Of a stretch of DNA of 64,000 bases, positions 10,442 to 22,754 are shown piece by piece. Origin of the DNA: Actinomycetes bacterium (GTDB lineage Bacteria > Actinomycetota > Actinomycetes > Prado026); the NCBI GenBank assembly GCA_038210415.1, contig JBBQWS010000006.1:28650-92649 (forward strand), written 5' to 3'. The notes below the pieces were generated by a model. The model worked only from the letters and a program-made list of their open reading frames with translations, searched no databases and had not been told where the DNA came from. A program made the translations under genes and the position numbers. Numbering within the stretch: the first letter of the stretch is position 1; every line of letters starts with the position of its first letter.

Positions 10442-10501
10442 CCACTCCCTAGTTCTCCACAGGCGGGCACGCGCGGGGCGCGCCGTGATGCCCGGTTCGC
10501 G

Positions 10502-10813
10502 TTGCCTGGCCGCATGCCCACCACCCCACTTCTCGTTGTCCCGCTCGAGGTTCTGGCGACCGCCGCCGTCATCGACGAGTGCGCTGCAAACGCCCGCGGT
10601 GGTCAAGGTGAGCTTGCTGCGATCGGTCCGACCGGCGGCTGCGGCGGGGTCGCGGGCGCAGCCTTCGGCCGGACGAGCGCGGCATGGCTCAGCGAGCTCG
10701 CGCGGCTCGCCGAACAGTCGGGAGCTCTCGCCGGTCTGCTCAGGGCGTCGGCCGTCGACTACCTGACCACCGACCGGGCAGCGATCACCTCGACACCAGG
10801 TGGGCATCCGTGA
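10502..10813 (+). CDS. Small (~100 aa) helical protein, EspC-like (type VII secretion-associated, DUF2580-like); first gene of the candidate toxin cassette
   Basis: Ala/Gly-rich helical hairpin with a central G..C..F turn, resembling EspC-family proteins. The TTG start is at 10502 (alternative ATG at 10514). Its TGA overlaps the GTG of the next gene (GTGA). Confidence 0.45.
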   Translation: MPGRMPTTPLLVVPLEVLATAAVIDECAANARGGQGELAAIGPTGGCGGVAGAAFGRTSAAWLSELARLAEQSGALAGLLRASAVDYLTTDRAAITSTPGGHP

Positions 10814-12057
10814 CCGCGCTGCTGGAGCAGGTCGGTCCGGTCGTCGTCCCGCCGCCACCACCCGATCTTCGAGAACCGCCGGGTGACGCCGCGGCCGCGA
10901 CTGCTGCGGCCCGCCGCTGTCTGGCCGCCGCCCAGGCCCTGCACGACAACCAGAGCCGGCTCACCGAGCATGCGGGTTCGCTGCTGGCCCGCCGACTCTG
11001 GTGCGGCGCTGCGTCCGCCGCGTTCCAACGCAGCCGCACCGAGGCCGCGGCCTGGCTCGGCAACGCCGGCCGGGCGCTGGCGCTCGTCGCAACCGCCCTC
11101 GTCACCTACGCCCAAGCACTCGAGCAGGCCCAGGGCCTCGCGCGCGGTGCCGCCACCCGGGCCGACGACCTGCGCCAACAGCGCAGCAGACTGCTCGCCG
11201 AGATCGAGCAGGCCCGTTCGTCCGACCCTGCCCCGGGGTTGCTCTTCGGCACCGCCGCCTTCACGCCCGCGACCGTCGCGCTCCAGCACCGAGCGGACCT
11301 GCTCGCCGACGACATCGCCGCCGTCGCTGCGGCCGTCGAAACGGCACAGGCGCTGACCCGACGGGCCGAGCAGACCGCGGCGTCAGCATTCGACGAGGCC
11401 ACCTCGATGACCTTCGCGGCCCGCGAGCGGGCTGCCCTGCGCCGGGCCGGTCGCAGCTCAGACAGCTCGGCTGGCACCTGGCTCGACGTCGGCGAGCTGG
11501 TCGGGCTCGGCTTGATCGACCTGGCCCTCGGAGTCGCCGACGTCGCACAGGGCGGGCTCGACCCGGTCACCGACGCCGCCGAGCTGGCCGCCGTCAGCCG
11601 GACCGGCACGGTGGCCTCCCGGTTGGGCGCGCGGTTCCTCGCCGACGACACCGTGGCCACAGCCGCGGCCGAGGCGACCCGGCTCGCGGAGGGCGAGGCG
11701 CTCGCAGCGGTCGAAGCGGAGACCGGCGGTGGCTGGCTCGCCGCGGCCCGGGCCAAGCTCCCCGACGGTTGGGGCCCGGGCACACCGGCCAGCAAGGGCA
11801 ACGGTTTCCGCTGGATCGAGCCAGAGGGCCAGGGCAGCTACTTGCGCATCGACCCGGGTCGGCCCGGGCACCCCGATGTCCTGCAGCGCGTCGACCACGT
11901 CCACGTCCGGCAGGGCTTCAGCCGCATCGGCCGCGGTGGCCAGCGCCTTTCGGACAGGACCGCAGATCTCACCGACGCCGAGCTCGACGAGCTGGCACGG
12001 CTCGAACACGTCCCCCTCAGCGAATGGCTGACCTGGAAGAACTGGTGGCAACGATGA
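10810..12057 (+). CDS. Candidate T7SS-type polymorphic toxin: N-terminal WXG100-like helical domain ([10 protein letters not shown]) + long Ala-rich helical linker + C-terminal ~110-aa His-rich domain of unknown function (..[40 protein letters not shown]..)
   Basis: The GTG start overlaps the upstream stop. The W-x-G motif sits in a predicted helix-turn-helix. The C-terminal domain matches no family I recognise. The TGA overlaps the ATG of the next gene (ATGA). Confidence 0.5.
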   Translation: MTALLEQVGPVVVPPPPPDLREPPGDAAAATAAARRCLAAAQALHDNQSRLTEHAGSLLARRLWCGAASAAFQRSRTEAAAWLGNAGRALALVATALVTYAQALEQAQGLARGAATRADDLRQQRSRLLAEIEQARSSDPAPGLLFGTAAFTPATVALQHRADLLADDIAAVAAAVETAQALTRRAEQTAASAFDEATSMTFAARERAALRRAGRSSDSSAGTWLDVGELVGLGLIDLALGVADVAQGGLDPVTDAAELAAVSRTGTVASRLGARFLADDTVATAAAEATRLAEGEALAAVEAETGGGWLAAARAKLPDGWGPGTPASKGNGFRWIEPEGQGSYLRIDPGRPGHPDVLQRVDHVHVRQGFSRIGRGGQRLSDRTADLTDAELDELARLEHVPLSEWLTWKNWWQR

Positions 12058-12473
12058 CCGTTCGATTCCCCGCGATGCGCGACGAAGTGCTCTTCGCGCT
12101 CGAGCTGCTCGGCGACGCCGACCGGCAGCGACGCTTCTGGCTGAGTCCGGAGGCCGGCAGGTCCTACCCGGATCTCGACTGGGTCATCCGCGGGCTCTTC
12201 GACACCGTGGTGCTCCCCGACCCCGTGCTCCAGGTCGGCGTCTGTGTCTACGACGACGAAGTCGGGCTCCTGGTCGACCTGAACCGGGTGCTCGAACCGC
12301 TCATCGAGCAGCTCGACGACGTCCCGGACGCAGAGTACGTCGCCCACCCGACCTGGTCAGAAGTGGTTCGGCTGGCCGGACTCGCCGCGGCCGTCCTGCG
12401 GGCCCGCGACGACGCCGAGGCGTCGCGTCCCGATCCTGTCGGTCCCGATGCCTACGCTGACCCCCATGGCTAA
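12054..12473 (+). CDS. Small acidic cytoplasmic protein, candidate cognate immunity protein
   Basis: 139 aa, Asp/Glu-rich, no signal peptide. Translationally coupled to the preceding gene (ATGA). Overlaps the radA start by 8 nt. Confidence 0.45.
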   Translation: MTVRFPAMRDEVLFALELLGDADRQRRFWLSPEAGRSYPDLDWVIRGLFDTVVLPDPVLQVGVCVYDDEVGLLVDLNRVLEPLIEQLDDVPDAEYVAHPTWSEVVRLAGLAAAVLRARDDAEASRPDPVGPDAYADPHG

Positions 12474-13854
12474 GGCGATCGGCAGCTCCCGGGCAGGCGG
12501 AACGAACCGCGCGGCATACAAGTGCGGCGAGTGCGGGTGGCAGGCCGCGAAGTGGGTGGGGCGCTGTGGTGAGTGCCAGGCGTGGGGCACCGTCGACCTG
12601 ATCGGTGGTCCCCAGCTCCGCCAGGTATCCGCCGGGCCGGTCACCGTGAGCGCCCAACCCATCGGGGACATCGACGTTGCCGAGGCTGCCGTGCGGGCCA
12701 CGGGCGTCGGCGAGCTCGACCGGGTGCTGGGTGGCGGGCTGGTGCCCGGGGCGGTGGTGCTGCTCGCCGGCGAGCCGGGAGTCGGCAAGTCCACGCTCCT
12801 GCTCGCGGTCGCCGCGCAGGCGGCCCGATCGGGGCGTCGCGCTTTGTACATCACCGGCGAGGAGTCTGCGGCCCAGGTGCGACTGCGGGGGGGCCGGATC
12901 AGCGCACTCGACCCCGAGCTGTTCCTCGCCGCCGAGAGCGACCTCGGTGCCGTTCTCGGCCAGATCGACGCCGTGCGACCTCAGCTCCTGGTGCTCGACT
13001 CGGTCCAGACCATCTCGACCGCCGAGGCCGACGGGGCAGCCGGCGGCGTGACCCAGGTGCGCGAGGTCGCCGCTGCACTGATCAGGGTCGCCAAGGAGCG
13101 TGACATCGCCACGGTGCTGATCGGCCACGTCACCAAGGACGGCTCCATCGCCGGCCCGCGCGTCCTGGAGCACCTCGTCGACGTCGTGCTCCAGTTCGAA
13201 GGCGAGCGGCACTCTCGCCTCCGGGTGGTCCGGGCCACCAAGAACCGCTACGGACCCTCCGACGAGATCGGCTGCTTCGACCTCGGCGACTCCGGCATCG
13301 TCGGGCTACCCGACCCCAGCGGGCTCTTCCTGTCGCACGGCCTCGGCCCCGTGGTCGGAACGACCGTGACGGTCACGCTTGAAGGCCGGCGCACCCTCGT
13401 CTCGGAAGTGCAGGCCCTCGTCGGTATCGCGTCCTCGCCGAACCCACGGCGTGCCACCTCGGGCCTCGACTCCGCTCGGATGGCGATGCTGCTCGCGGTC
13501 CTCGAACGGCGGGCGGGCATGCGGATCGGGCACTACGACATCTACACCTCGACGGTCGGCGGCGCGCGGCTCGCCGAGCCCGCCGCCGACCTGGCCGTCC
13601 TGCTCGCTATCGCCTCGGCCGCCCATGACCGCCCGCTCCCGTTCGGCACCGTGGCGATCGGCGAGGTCGGGCTCGCGGGCGAGGTCCGGCGGGTCTCGGG
13701 GATCACCCAGCGGCTCGCCGAGGCAGCCCGCCTGGGCTTCACCCGCGCGATCGTCCCCCTCGACTCCGGAGTCGTGCCCAAGGGACTGCAGGTGACGGAG
13801 GTCGCCCACATCGGGGCCGCTCTCGAACAGCTCGCGCCGCTCCCGGTCCCGTAG
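12466..13854 (+). CDS. radA: DNA repair protein RadA (Sms)
   Basis: Zinc finger [23 protein letters not shown], Walker [11 protein letters not shown], a KNRYGP motif and a Lon-like C-terminal domain. Confidence 0.92.
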   Translation: MAKAIGSSRAGGTNRAAYKCGECGWQAAKWVGRCGECQAWGTVDLIGGPQLRQVSAGPVTVSAQPIGDIDVAEAAVRATGVGELDRVLGGGLVPGAVVLLAGEPGVGKSTLLLAVAAQAARSGRRALYITGEESAAQVRLRGGRISALDPELFLAAESDLGAVLGQIDAVRPQLLVLDSVQTISTAEADGAAGGVTQVREVAAALIRVAKERDIATVLIGHVTKDGSIAGPRVLEHLVDVVLQFEGERHSRLRVVRATKNRYGPSDEIGCFDLGDSGIVGLPDPSGLFLSHGLGPVVGTTVTVTLEGRRTLVSEVQALVGIASSPNPRRATSGLDSARMAMLLAVLERRAGMRIGHYDIYTSTVGGARLAEPAADLAVLLAIASAAHDRPLPFGTVAIGEVGLAGEVRRVSGITQRLAEAARLGFTRAIVPLDSGVVPKGLQVTEVAHIGAALEQLAPLPVP

Positions 13855-13916
13855 ACCGCTCGGGAGGAGCCCCGCCCGCTAGACTTCCGGCGAGTTCCGA
13901 CGGCGGGAGTGGACGG

Positions 13917-15023
13917 GTGTCACCGATCGAGCGACCGGGGTCGACCGACAAGGGCGAGCTCCTCCTCCGGCAGACCCTGGCAGCGGTCGCCCCAGGCACA
14001 GCGATGCGCGACGCGCTCGAGCGCATCCTGCGGGGCCGCACCGGCGCCCTCATGGTCCTCGGCCACGACAAAGCCGTCGAAGCGATCTGCAGCGGCGGCT
14101 TCTCCCTCGACGTCGCGTTCTCCGCGACCGGCCTGCGCGAGCTCGCCAAGATGGACGGCGCCGTGGTGCTCGACCGGGACGCGACGCGCATCCTGCGCTG
14201 CAACGTGCAGCTCGTCCCCGACTCCTCCATCGCCACCGAGGAGTCGGGCACCCGGCACCGCACGGCCGAGCGGGTGGCGAAACAGACCGGCTACCCGGTC
14301 ATCTCCGTCAGCCAGTCGATGCACATCATCGCCCTGTACGTCGCCGGGCGGCGCTACGTTGTCGAGGAGTCCGCCGCGATCCTGTCCCGCGCCAACCAGG
14401 CACTGGCAACGCTCGAGCGCTACAAGATGCGCCTCGACGAGGTGTCCGGAACGCTCTCGGCGCTCGAGATCGAAGACCTCGTCACGGTGCGCGACGTCGC
14501 CGCCGTCGCCCAGCGCCTCGAGATGGTGCGGCGCATCGCCGGCGAGATCGAGGGCTACGTCGTCGAGCTGGGGGCCGACGGACGACTCCTGGCCCTCCAG
14601 CTCGACGAGCTCATCGCCGGGGTCGAGCTCGACCGCGAGCTGGTGGCCCGCGACTACCTTCCGCCGAGCTCCAGCCGGCGAGCGCGCACGGTCTTCGATG
14701 TGCTCGCCGACCTAGACGGACTCACCTCGGCCGAGCTGCTCGACCTCTCGTCGGTCGGCCGGGCCCTCGGGCACAACAGCTCCGGCGAGGCGCTCGACAG
14801 CGCGGTCGTGCCTCGCGGCTACCGCCTGCTGGCCCGGGTGCCCCGGCTGCCCGGCGCCGTCGTCGACCGCCTCGTGGAGCACTTCGGCTCACTACAGAAG
14901 TTGCTCGCCGCGGGCATCGACGACCTGCAGGCCGTCGAGGGGGTCGGCGAGAGCCGGGCCCGAACGGTCCGCGAGGGCCTGTCCCGGCTGGCTGAGTCGT
15001 CGATCCTCGAACGCTACGTGTGA
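13917..15023 (+). CDS. disA: DNA integrity scanning protein DisA (diadenylate cyclase)
   Basis: DAC-domain motifs (..GALMVLGHD.., ..DGAVVLD.., ..RHRTAERV..) and a C-terminal HhH region. Canonical radA-disA pairing. Confidence 0.9.
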   Translation: MSPIERPGSTDKGELLLRQTLAAVAPGTAMRDALERILRGRTGALMVLGHDKAVEAICSGGFSLDVAFSATGLRELAKMDGAVVLDRDATRILRCNVQLVPDSSIATEESGTRHRTAERVAKQTGYPVISVSQSMHIIALYVAGRRYVVEESAAILSRANQALATLERYKMRLDEVSGTLSALEIEDLVTVRDVAAVAQRLEMVRRIAGEIEGYVVELGADGRLLALQLDELIAGVELDRELVARDYLPPSSSRRARTVFDVLADLDGLTSAELLDLSSVGRALGHNSSGEALDSAVVPRGYRLLARVPRLPGAVVDRLVEHFGSLQKLLAAGIDDLQAVEGVGESRARTVREGLSRLAESSILERYV

Positions 15024-15024
15024 C

Positions 15025-15048
15025 CAGGGCGCTCGCAACCGCGCCCTG
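15025..15048. terminator. Stem-loop CAGGGCGC-tcgcaacc-GCGCCCTG between the convergent disA and cheW genes
   Basis: 8-bp perfect inverted repeat 2 nt after the disA stop. No U-tract, which is common in high-GC actinobacteria. Confidence 0.4.
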
Positions 15049-15077
15049 CCGGGACGGGGCCGAAGCGATCGACGCCG

Positions 15078-15521
15078 CTAGCTGAACGCAGCCTCGGTGC
15101 CCGGCAGCGACGCGCTGAGGCCGGCCATCAGCCGCAGGTCGACCAGCAGCACCGGCCGGTAGTCCTCGTCGGTCGTACGCAGCACCTCGAGCACGTACGC
15201 CGGCAGTCCGATCGGCCTTGGCGCCGGATCGCTCTCCATGGCGTCCAGGTTGACCACAGCGAGCACCCGGTCGACGGCCACGCCCACCGGACCCTCCGGA
15301 CCGGGCGACATCACCACGACGTCGCCGAGCCCACCCGGGTCGGCCGCCCCGCGCAGGTCGACGATGGGAAGTGGGTCGCCCCGGAGCTCGATCAGCCCGG
15401 TGACCGGTGCCCGGACCCCGGCCAGCGGTTCCAGCCCGACCGCGCGGATGATCTCGCGGACCTGTTCCAGCGGGGCGGCGAGGTCGCGGCCACCCATGAC
15501 GAACGTCAAGTAACCGCTCAT
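15078..15521 (-). CDS. cheW: CheW-like chemotaxis coupling protein
   Basis: 147-aa single CheW domain (..LTFVMGGRDLAAPLEQVREI.., ..VNLD..). Confidence 0.8.
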   Translation of the reverse strand: MSGYLTFVMGGRDLAAPLEQVREIIRAVGLEPLAGVRAPVTGLIELRGDPLPIVDLRGAADPGGLGDVVVMSPGPEGPVGVAVDRVLAVVNLDAMESDPAPRPIGLPAYVLEVLRTTDEDYRPVLLVDLRLMAGLSASLPGTEAAFS

Positions 15522-17002
15522 GTCCCTCTCCCAGCCGGTGCGGGCACCGTTCGCGCCGTCTCAGCCTCGTCCTGATCTTGGGCTGCTCCCTCTGCTGCAT
15601 CGGCCAACCGGCGGCACAACTGCACCAGTTCCGTCATCTTGCGCCCATCCAGCAGCCGGCGCACCGTGTCCGGCGCGACCTCGGCCAACGTTGCGGCCGC
15701 CGCGCGGTAGGACGGCCCGGCCTGGGCCACCCGGCCGCACGAGCTGAGAGCGACCGCGAGCAGGAAGTGCGCGTGCCCGGCTCGGGGCTCCAGGAACACC
15801 GCCTTCTGTAGCGGGCCCACCGCCCCGGGGGCGTCTCCCTCGTTGAGCAGGGCGTGTCCGAGCAGCACGTAGGCAGCCGGGTGCACCGGGTCGGCATCGA
15901 CGATCGTCTGGCACTGCTGGGCTGCGCGGTCGTACCGGCCCAGGTCGAACTCCGCCTGAGCCTGCTCGAACGGGGTGCCGATCGGTGTGACGGTTTGTGC
16001 GGGTACCCGGGGCGAGGTCCCATGGGTCGGCCCGGCGGGGACAGCCGCCAGGGAGGTCCGCAACCGAGCGGTCAACGGCACCCCGAGCCGGCGCGGCAGG
16101 ATCCCACGCGCCTCCGCGCCCGAGGTCCGCGGACGCGGCTGGGCGGGCACCATGTCCGGAGCCGCCCGGTACGCGAAGGCCTCGCCCACGGCCTGCAACG
16201 TGAAGGCGTCGCTCACCTGCCACAGCGACTCGGCGGGTCCCATCAGCAGCCAACCCTGCGGGTCGAGTGCGCCGTGGAACCGCCCGACGAGCGCCCTGGT
16301 CGTCTCCCGGGAGAAGTAGATGGTGACGTGCCGGCAGACGATGAGGTCGACGCTGCCCACCCTGAACGGGGGGGCGTCGGCGATCAGGTTGTTGTGGACG
16401 AAAGTCACCAGCGCGCGCACCTCGTCCCGCACGACGTAGGTTCCGTCGGGCTCGCGTTGCAGCCACCGCTGGACGGCCTCCGGCTCTGCGAGGTCGATGG
16501 TGCGGCCCGAGTAGGTCGCCGACGTGGCGACCTGCAACGCCGCAGACGATACATCGGAGCCCACGACGCGCATCGCCGGCCGGGCCAGCCAGGGCGGCAG
16601 TGCGGCGGCCACCTCGAGCATGAGCATCGCGAGGGTGAACGGTTCCTCGCCCGTGGAGCAACCCGCGCTCCACACGACGACCTCCCGGCTCTCCTCGGCG
16701 GCCCGGCGAATGATGTCCGGCAGGATCTGGTCGCGCAGCGCGTCGATCTGCGGCCGAGCGCGGTGGAAGTGGGTCTCCTGGATCGTGACCGCGTCGAGCA
16801 GCCGTTGGCGTTCGACCGACCCGGACGCCGAGTCGAGTGCCGCGACATACTCCGGCACCCCGGGCAGGCCGGTCGCGCTGACCCGCGTCGCGATGATCGA
16901 CGCGAGCCCGCTGCGGCGGGCCTCGTCGAACTCCAGCCCGGCCGTACGCCGCAGGTAGTCGCGGAGCAGCTCGAAGTCGCTCTGGCTCAACGGGCGGCTC
17001 AT
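15518..17002 (-). CDS. cheR: CheR-type protein-glutamate O-methyltransferase with C-terminal TPR repeats
   Basis: SAM-binding CheR core (..VWSAGCSTGEEPFTLAML.., ..VGSDVS.., ..HNNLI..). The C-terminal ~150 aa are TPR-like. The ATG shares 1 nt with the cheB TGA. Confidence 0.85.
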   Translation of the reverse strand: MSRPLSQSDFELLRDYLRRTAGLEFDEARRSGLASIIATRVSATGLPGVPEYVAALDSASGSVERQRLLDAVTIQETHFHRARPQIDALRDQILPDIIRRAAEESREVVVWSAGCSTGEEPFTLAMLMLEVAAALPPWLARPAMRVVGSDVSSAALQVATSATYSGRTIDLAEPEAVQRWLQREPDGTYVVRDEVRALVTFVHNNLIADAPPFRVGSVDLIVCRHVTIYFSRETTRALVGRFHGALDPQGWLLMGPAESLWQVSDAFTLQAVGEAFAYRAAPDMVPAQPRPRTSGAEARGILPRRLGVPLTARLRTSLAAVPAGPTHGTSPRVPAQTVTPIGTPFEQAQAEFDLGRYDRAAQQCQTIVDADPVHPAAYVLLGHALLNEGDAPGAVGPLQKAVFLEPRAGHAHFLLAVALSSCGRVAQAGPSYRAAAATLAEVAPDTVRRLLDGRKMTELVQLCRRLADAAEGAAQDQDEAETARTVPAPAGRGT

Positions 17003-18126
17003 CAGACACCGCCCAGCGGCTGCAGGCACCGGTGGACCGCCGCGACTATGGCCGGCCCGATCTCCGGCAGCGGGAGCTCGTCGTCCACGGCGAGCAGGGC
17101 CCGCGCGGCGGCGGGCATGCCCCACACCGCACTCGTCTGCTCGTCCTGGCCCAGCGTCCGGGCGCCGGCGCGGCGCATGGAGAGCAGACCCGCCGCCCCG
17201 TCGCGACCCATGCCCGTCAGCAGCACCCCGACGGCTCGCTCACGGCAGACCCGGGCGACACTGTTGAACGTCGCATCGACCCCGGGTACGTGGTACTGAC
17301 CGGGGTCGGGCGGCAACAGCTCGATACGTCCGGTGCGGACCAGCCGCAGGTTGAGCCCGGCCGGCGCGAGGTAGATGGTTCCCGGCGCGAGCCGTTGACC
17401 GTCGACGGCGACCCGCACCGGCATCGCCGAGATGTCGTCGAGCCAGTGCGCCAGACCTTCGATGAACCCTTCGGCCATGTGCTGAACCACCAAGACAGCC
17501 GCGGGCAGGTCCTCGGGCAGGTGCTTCAGGACCGCCGACAGCGCCGGCGGGCCGCCGGTCGACGCACCGATGGCGACCACGAGCGGCAGAGCGACGGGCA
17601 ATGCCACCGCGTCCTCCCGCTCGGCCGCGACCGGGCCGTCGGACGTGCGCTGCAACCGCGGCTCGACACGGCTGGCCCGCAGCCGGGCCCGAGGGTGCGT
17701 GATGACCTTGACCCGGCTCGCGTCGCGCAGCCGCGCCCGCAGCAGGTCGCCCAGAGCAGCACCCGCCGCCGACTCGTCGAGCCCGACGATGTCGACGGCA
17801 CCCGCGGCGAGAGCGGCAGGGGCGTCCTCCGGCGAGGTCCCGACGACGACGATCGGGGTGGCCCGGACAGCCATGATCCGCTCGATGGCTTCGAGTCCCG
17901 CCGCCGCGTCACCCAGGTCGATGAGCACCGCGGCGGGGTTCGTGACGCTGACCTTGGCCTCGGCGGTCTCGGCGGTCTGCGCGGACCCGACCAGGGTCAC
18001 GTCCGGGCCGGCGACGAGGCGTTCCAACTGCCGGACCCGCGCGATGCTGGCGGCGAAGACGACGACGCTGGTGGGGACGTGCGCGGCTCGTCGCGTGGCT
18101 TCAGAGCTACCCACCCGCCGCCTCAC
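17002..18126 (-). CDS. cheB: CheB-type protein-glutamate methylesterase with a degenerate N-terminal receiver domain
   Basis: Methylesterase core ..IGASTGGPPAL.., ..TGMGRDGAAGL... The N-terminal receiver aligns to CheB, but the acidic-pocket DD is replaced by AA (VVVFAASIA) and the conserved Lys appears absent. The start codon is uncertain. Confidence 0.8.
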   Translation of the reverse strand: MRRRVGSSEATRRAAHVPTSVVVFAASIARVRQLERLVAGPDVTLVGSAQTAETAEAKVSVTNPAAVLIDLGDAAAGLEAIERIMAVRATPIVVVGTSPEDAPAALAAGAVDIVGLDESAAGAALGDLLRARLRDASRVKVITHPRARLRASRVEPRLQRTSDGPVAAEREDAVALPVALPLVVAIGASTGGPPALSAVLKHLPEDLPAAVLVVQHMAEGFIEGLAHWLDDISAMPVRVAVDGQRLAPGTIYLAPAGLNLRLVRTGRIELLPPDPGQYHVPGVDATFNSVARVCRERAVGVLLTGMGRDGAAGLLSMRRAGARTLGQDEQTSAVWGMPAAARALLAVDDELPLPEIGPAIVAAVHRCLQPLGGV

Positions 18127-18234
18127 TCTCGCCCGTTCCGGCAGCCCTGTCGCGGTCGTTGCGACGTGTCGGTGCTGTTCTGTTGGGTTGTCGTCCAGAC
18201 GGGGCGGTGGCTTGAGCCGGTGGGAGGCGGCGAG

Positions 18235-18888
18235 TCAGCGCAGGATGAAGCGAACCGGCTGCGACGCGATCGTGCTGTTGGTCGCCACCAGGTCGTACGT
18301 GCCGGGGGTCGCGCTGGGCAGCCCGGGCGGACAGCCGACCTTCGATGTGAGCCGGGTCCACGACACCGCCTGGGTGACCCTCTGTCCGGGCGGCATCAAC
18401 TTCGGGCCGAGCGGACCGCCGGGAGCGCAGTCCTCCGACGACCAGGTGCGCACCCCGCCGGAGGTGACTGTGAGGCTGACTGCGCCCTGCCCGAGGTTGC
18501 GCAGACAGGGAACCGAACCGGAGTTGGTCACGACCAGGGTGAGCACCGGACGTCGACCCGGCTCGTAGGTGGCCGCGTCGGTTGCGGCCTCGACCCGGAT
18601 CGCCGACGGCACGCAGGCCACCGGGGCCGCGCTCGCGCTGGTCGTCGGCTTGGGTGACACGCTGGGCTTGACGGACGGAGTCGACTTGGCCGAGCTGGTC
18701 TGAGTCGGTGAGGCCTTGGGCGCGGAGCTCGGGCCCGCAGCCGAGGAGGCCGGCGCCGCACCGGAGTCACGACCGAAGACCCACCACCCGGCCACCACCA
18801 CCAGGGCGGCGAGGAACAGCGCAAGTGCGCGCCGCAGCCAGTACGCCCCCGGGGGCAGCGGACCGACCGGATGCAAGATGCTCCCCAC
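18235..18888 (-). CDS. Membrane-anchored/secreted protein with a Ser/Pro-rich linker and DUF4232-like C-terminal domain
   Basis: TM/signal segment ALALFLAALVVVAGWWVF, then a low-complexity S/P/T linker, then a Cys-containing globular domain. The start codon is uncertain (GTG 18888 or TTG nearby). Confidence 0.45.
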   Translation of the reverse strand: MGSILHPVGPLPPGAYWLRRALALFLAALVVVAGWWVFGRDSGAAPASSAAGPSSAPKASPTQTSSAKSTPSVKPSVSPKPTTSASAAPVACVPSAIRVEAATDAATYEPGRRPVLTLVVTNSGSVPCLRNLGQGAVSLTVTSGGVRTWSSEDCAPGGPLGPKLMPPGQRVTQAVSWTRLTSKVGCPPGLPSATPGTYDLVATNSTIASQPVRFILR

Positions 18889-18925
18889 AGGCCGAAGCCT
18901 AGGGCGCCGTGCGAGGATCGGAAGG

Positions 18926-19819
18926 ATGTCCGCCGAACCGACACGCGCCGTCCTAGCGCTGGTCATTGACTGGTATGCCCAGCATGCTCGCGACCTGCCC
19001 TGGCGCGCCCCCGGTATCGGTGGCTGGGCGGTGCTCGTCAGCGAGGTGATGCTGCAGCAGACCCCGGTCGCCAGGGTTCTCCCGGTGTACGAGCAGTGGC
19101 TCGACCGCTGGCCGACTCCGGCACACCTGGTGGCCGACTCCCCCGGTGAGGCCGTCCGCATGTGGGGACGGCTCGGCTACCCCCGCCGCGCGCTCCGCCT
19201 GCACGAAGCCGCCCTGGTCTGCGTCGAGCGCCACGACGGCCAGGTGCCGCGCGGCGTCGCCGAGCTTCGGGCGCTGCCCGGTGTCGGCGAGTACACCTCA
19301 GCCGCTGTGGCCTCGTTCGCGTATGGCGGGCGGCACGCCGTCCTCGACACCAACGTGCGACGGGTACAGGCCCGGCTCTTCGGCGGTCAGGAGTTCGAGC
19401 CAGCCGGGGCGACGACCGCCGCAGAGCGCAGCCGGGCGAACGGGTTGCTGCCAGACGACGCGAAAACCGCCGCGACGTGGGGGGTCGCGGTCATGGAGCT
19501 TGGCGCCCTCGTCTGCACCGCCCGAGCGCCGACGTGCGGCCAGTGCCCGGTGCGGTCGGGCTGCGCGTGGGTGCGAGCCGGTCAGCCGGCCTGGACCGGC
19601 CCGCCCCGCACCGGACAGACATACGCAGGCACCGACCGGCAGGTGCGGGGGCTGCTGCTCGCCGTCCTGCGCGACCAAGCGGGACCAGCCAGCCAGGACG
19701 CCCTCGACCGCACCTGGCCGGACGCGGTGCAGCGCGCGCGGGCCTTGGACGGTCTCGTGGCGGACGGGCTGGTCGAGCCCCTCGCCGGCGGCGGCTTCGC
19801 GCTGCCGTCGGCGAGGTGA
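18926..19819 (+). CDS. mutY: A/G-specific adenine glycosylase (MutY family)
   Basis: HhH-GPD motifs (..WYAQHARDLPWR.., ..LLALPGVGEYTSAAVASFAYG..) and an Fe-S cluster motif CTARAPTCGQCPVRSGC. Confidence 0.85.
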   Translation: MSAEPTRAVLALVIDWYAQHARDLPWRAPGIGGWAVLVSEVMLQQTPVARVLPVYEQWLDRWPTPAHLVADSPGEAVRMWGRLGYPRRALRLHEAALVCVERHDGQVPRGVAELRALPGVGEYTSAAVASFAYGGRHAVLDTNVRRVQARLFGGQEFEPAGATTAAERSRANGLLPDDAKTAATWGVAVMELGALVCTARAPTCGQCPVRSGCAWVRAGQPAWTGPPRTGQTYAGTDRQVRGLLLAVLRDQAGPASQDALDRTWPDAVQRARALDGLVADGLVEPLAGGGFALPSAR

Positions 19820-19828
19820 GCTCGGTTC

Positions 19829-22330
<2,502 letters not shown>

Positions 22331-22690
22331 ATCTCTGCGCTCCTTGCACGAGCGGTCCGGTCGGGGGCCGTGAGACACCCTCTTCCGTACCGATGCTAGA
22401 CCCGCGGGCGCGGGACCTCACTCCGACCTTCCGGCGTGGCCCCCGGTCCGAGGGCCCACACGGGCGTCATCGTCATCAACCGACCGGATCTGGAGGTCGT
22501 TCCCACGCCACCTACGCCGGGGGCGAACAGGCGCCCGAAGGGTCACCCGGACGGGTCACGGAATAGTCGGCGACGAGCGGTACGTTCTACGGGTGCACCG
22601 GATCACCGGTAAACCCCGGGTCCCAACCTAAGCCGCCTAGAGCGAGCATCGCGCCGTGAGGCGTTTTCAGGTGGTCCGGTGCGCACCATC

Positions 22691-22726
22691 TCGGAACGGG
22701 CAGCGGGCGGGTCCCCATCGGGGACC
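22691..22726. terminator. Perfect 16-bp stem-loop CAGCGGGCGGGTCCCC-atcg-GGGGACCCGCCCGCTG about 30 nt downstream of the lsr2 stop
   Basis: Read directly. Intrinsic-terminator-like hairpin lacking a U-tract. Confidence 0.55.
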
Positions 22727-22754
22727 CGCCCGCTGCTGTCGTTCGGGATCTGGC

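Noticed and set aside
10441-10501. GC-rich near-palindrome CACGCGCGGGGCGCGCCGTG upstream of the candidate toxin cassette
   Set aside because: It is an imperfect repeat in a very GC-rich context, indistinguishable from chance. It may be worth a look only if a regulator for the cassette is sought.
8681-10861. 726-aa minus-strand ORF
   Set aside because: Only the C-terminal 308 aa (Ppx, from [10 protein letters not shown]) are protein-like. The N-terminal extension is antisense to the Cys-rich gene and the EspC-like gene and is low-complexity.
22331-22754. Possible tRNA or small gene in the long gap upstream of clpC1
   Set aside because: No T-loop-like GTTCRANYC or cloverleaf pattern was seen. 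A long clpC1 5' UTR is normal in actinobacteria, and the only clear structure there is the lsr2 terminator hairpin.
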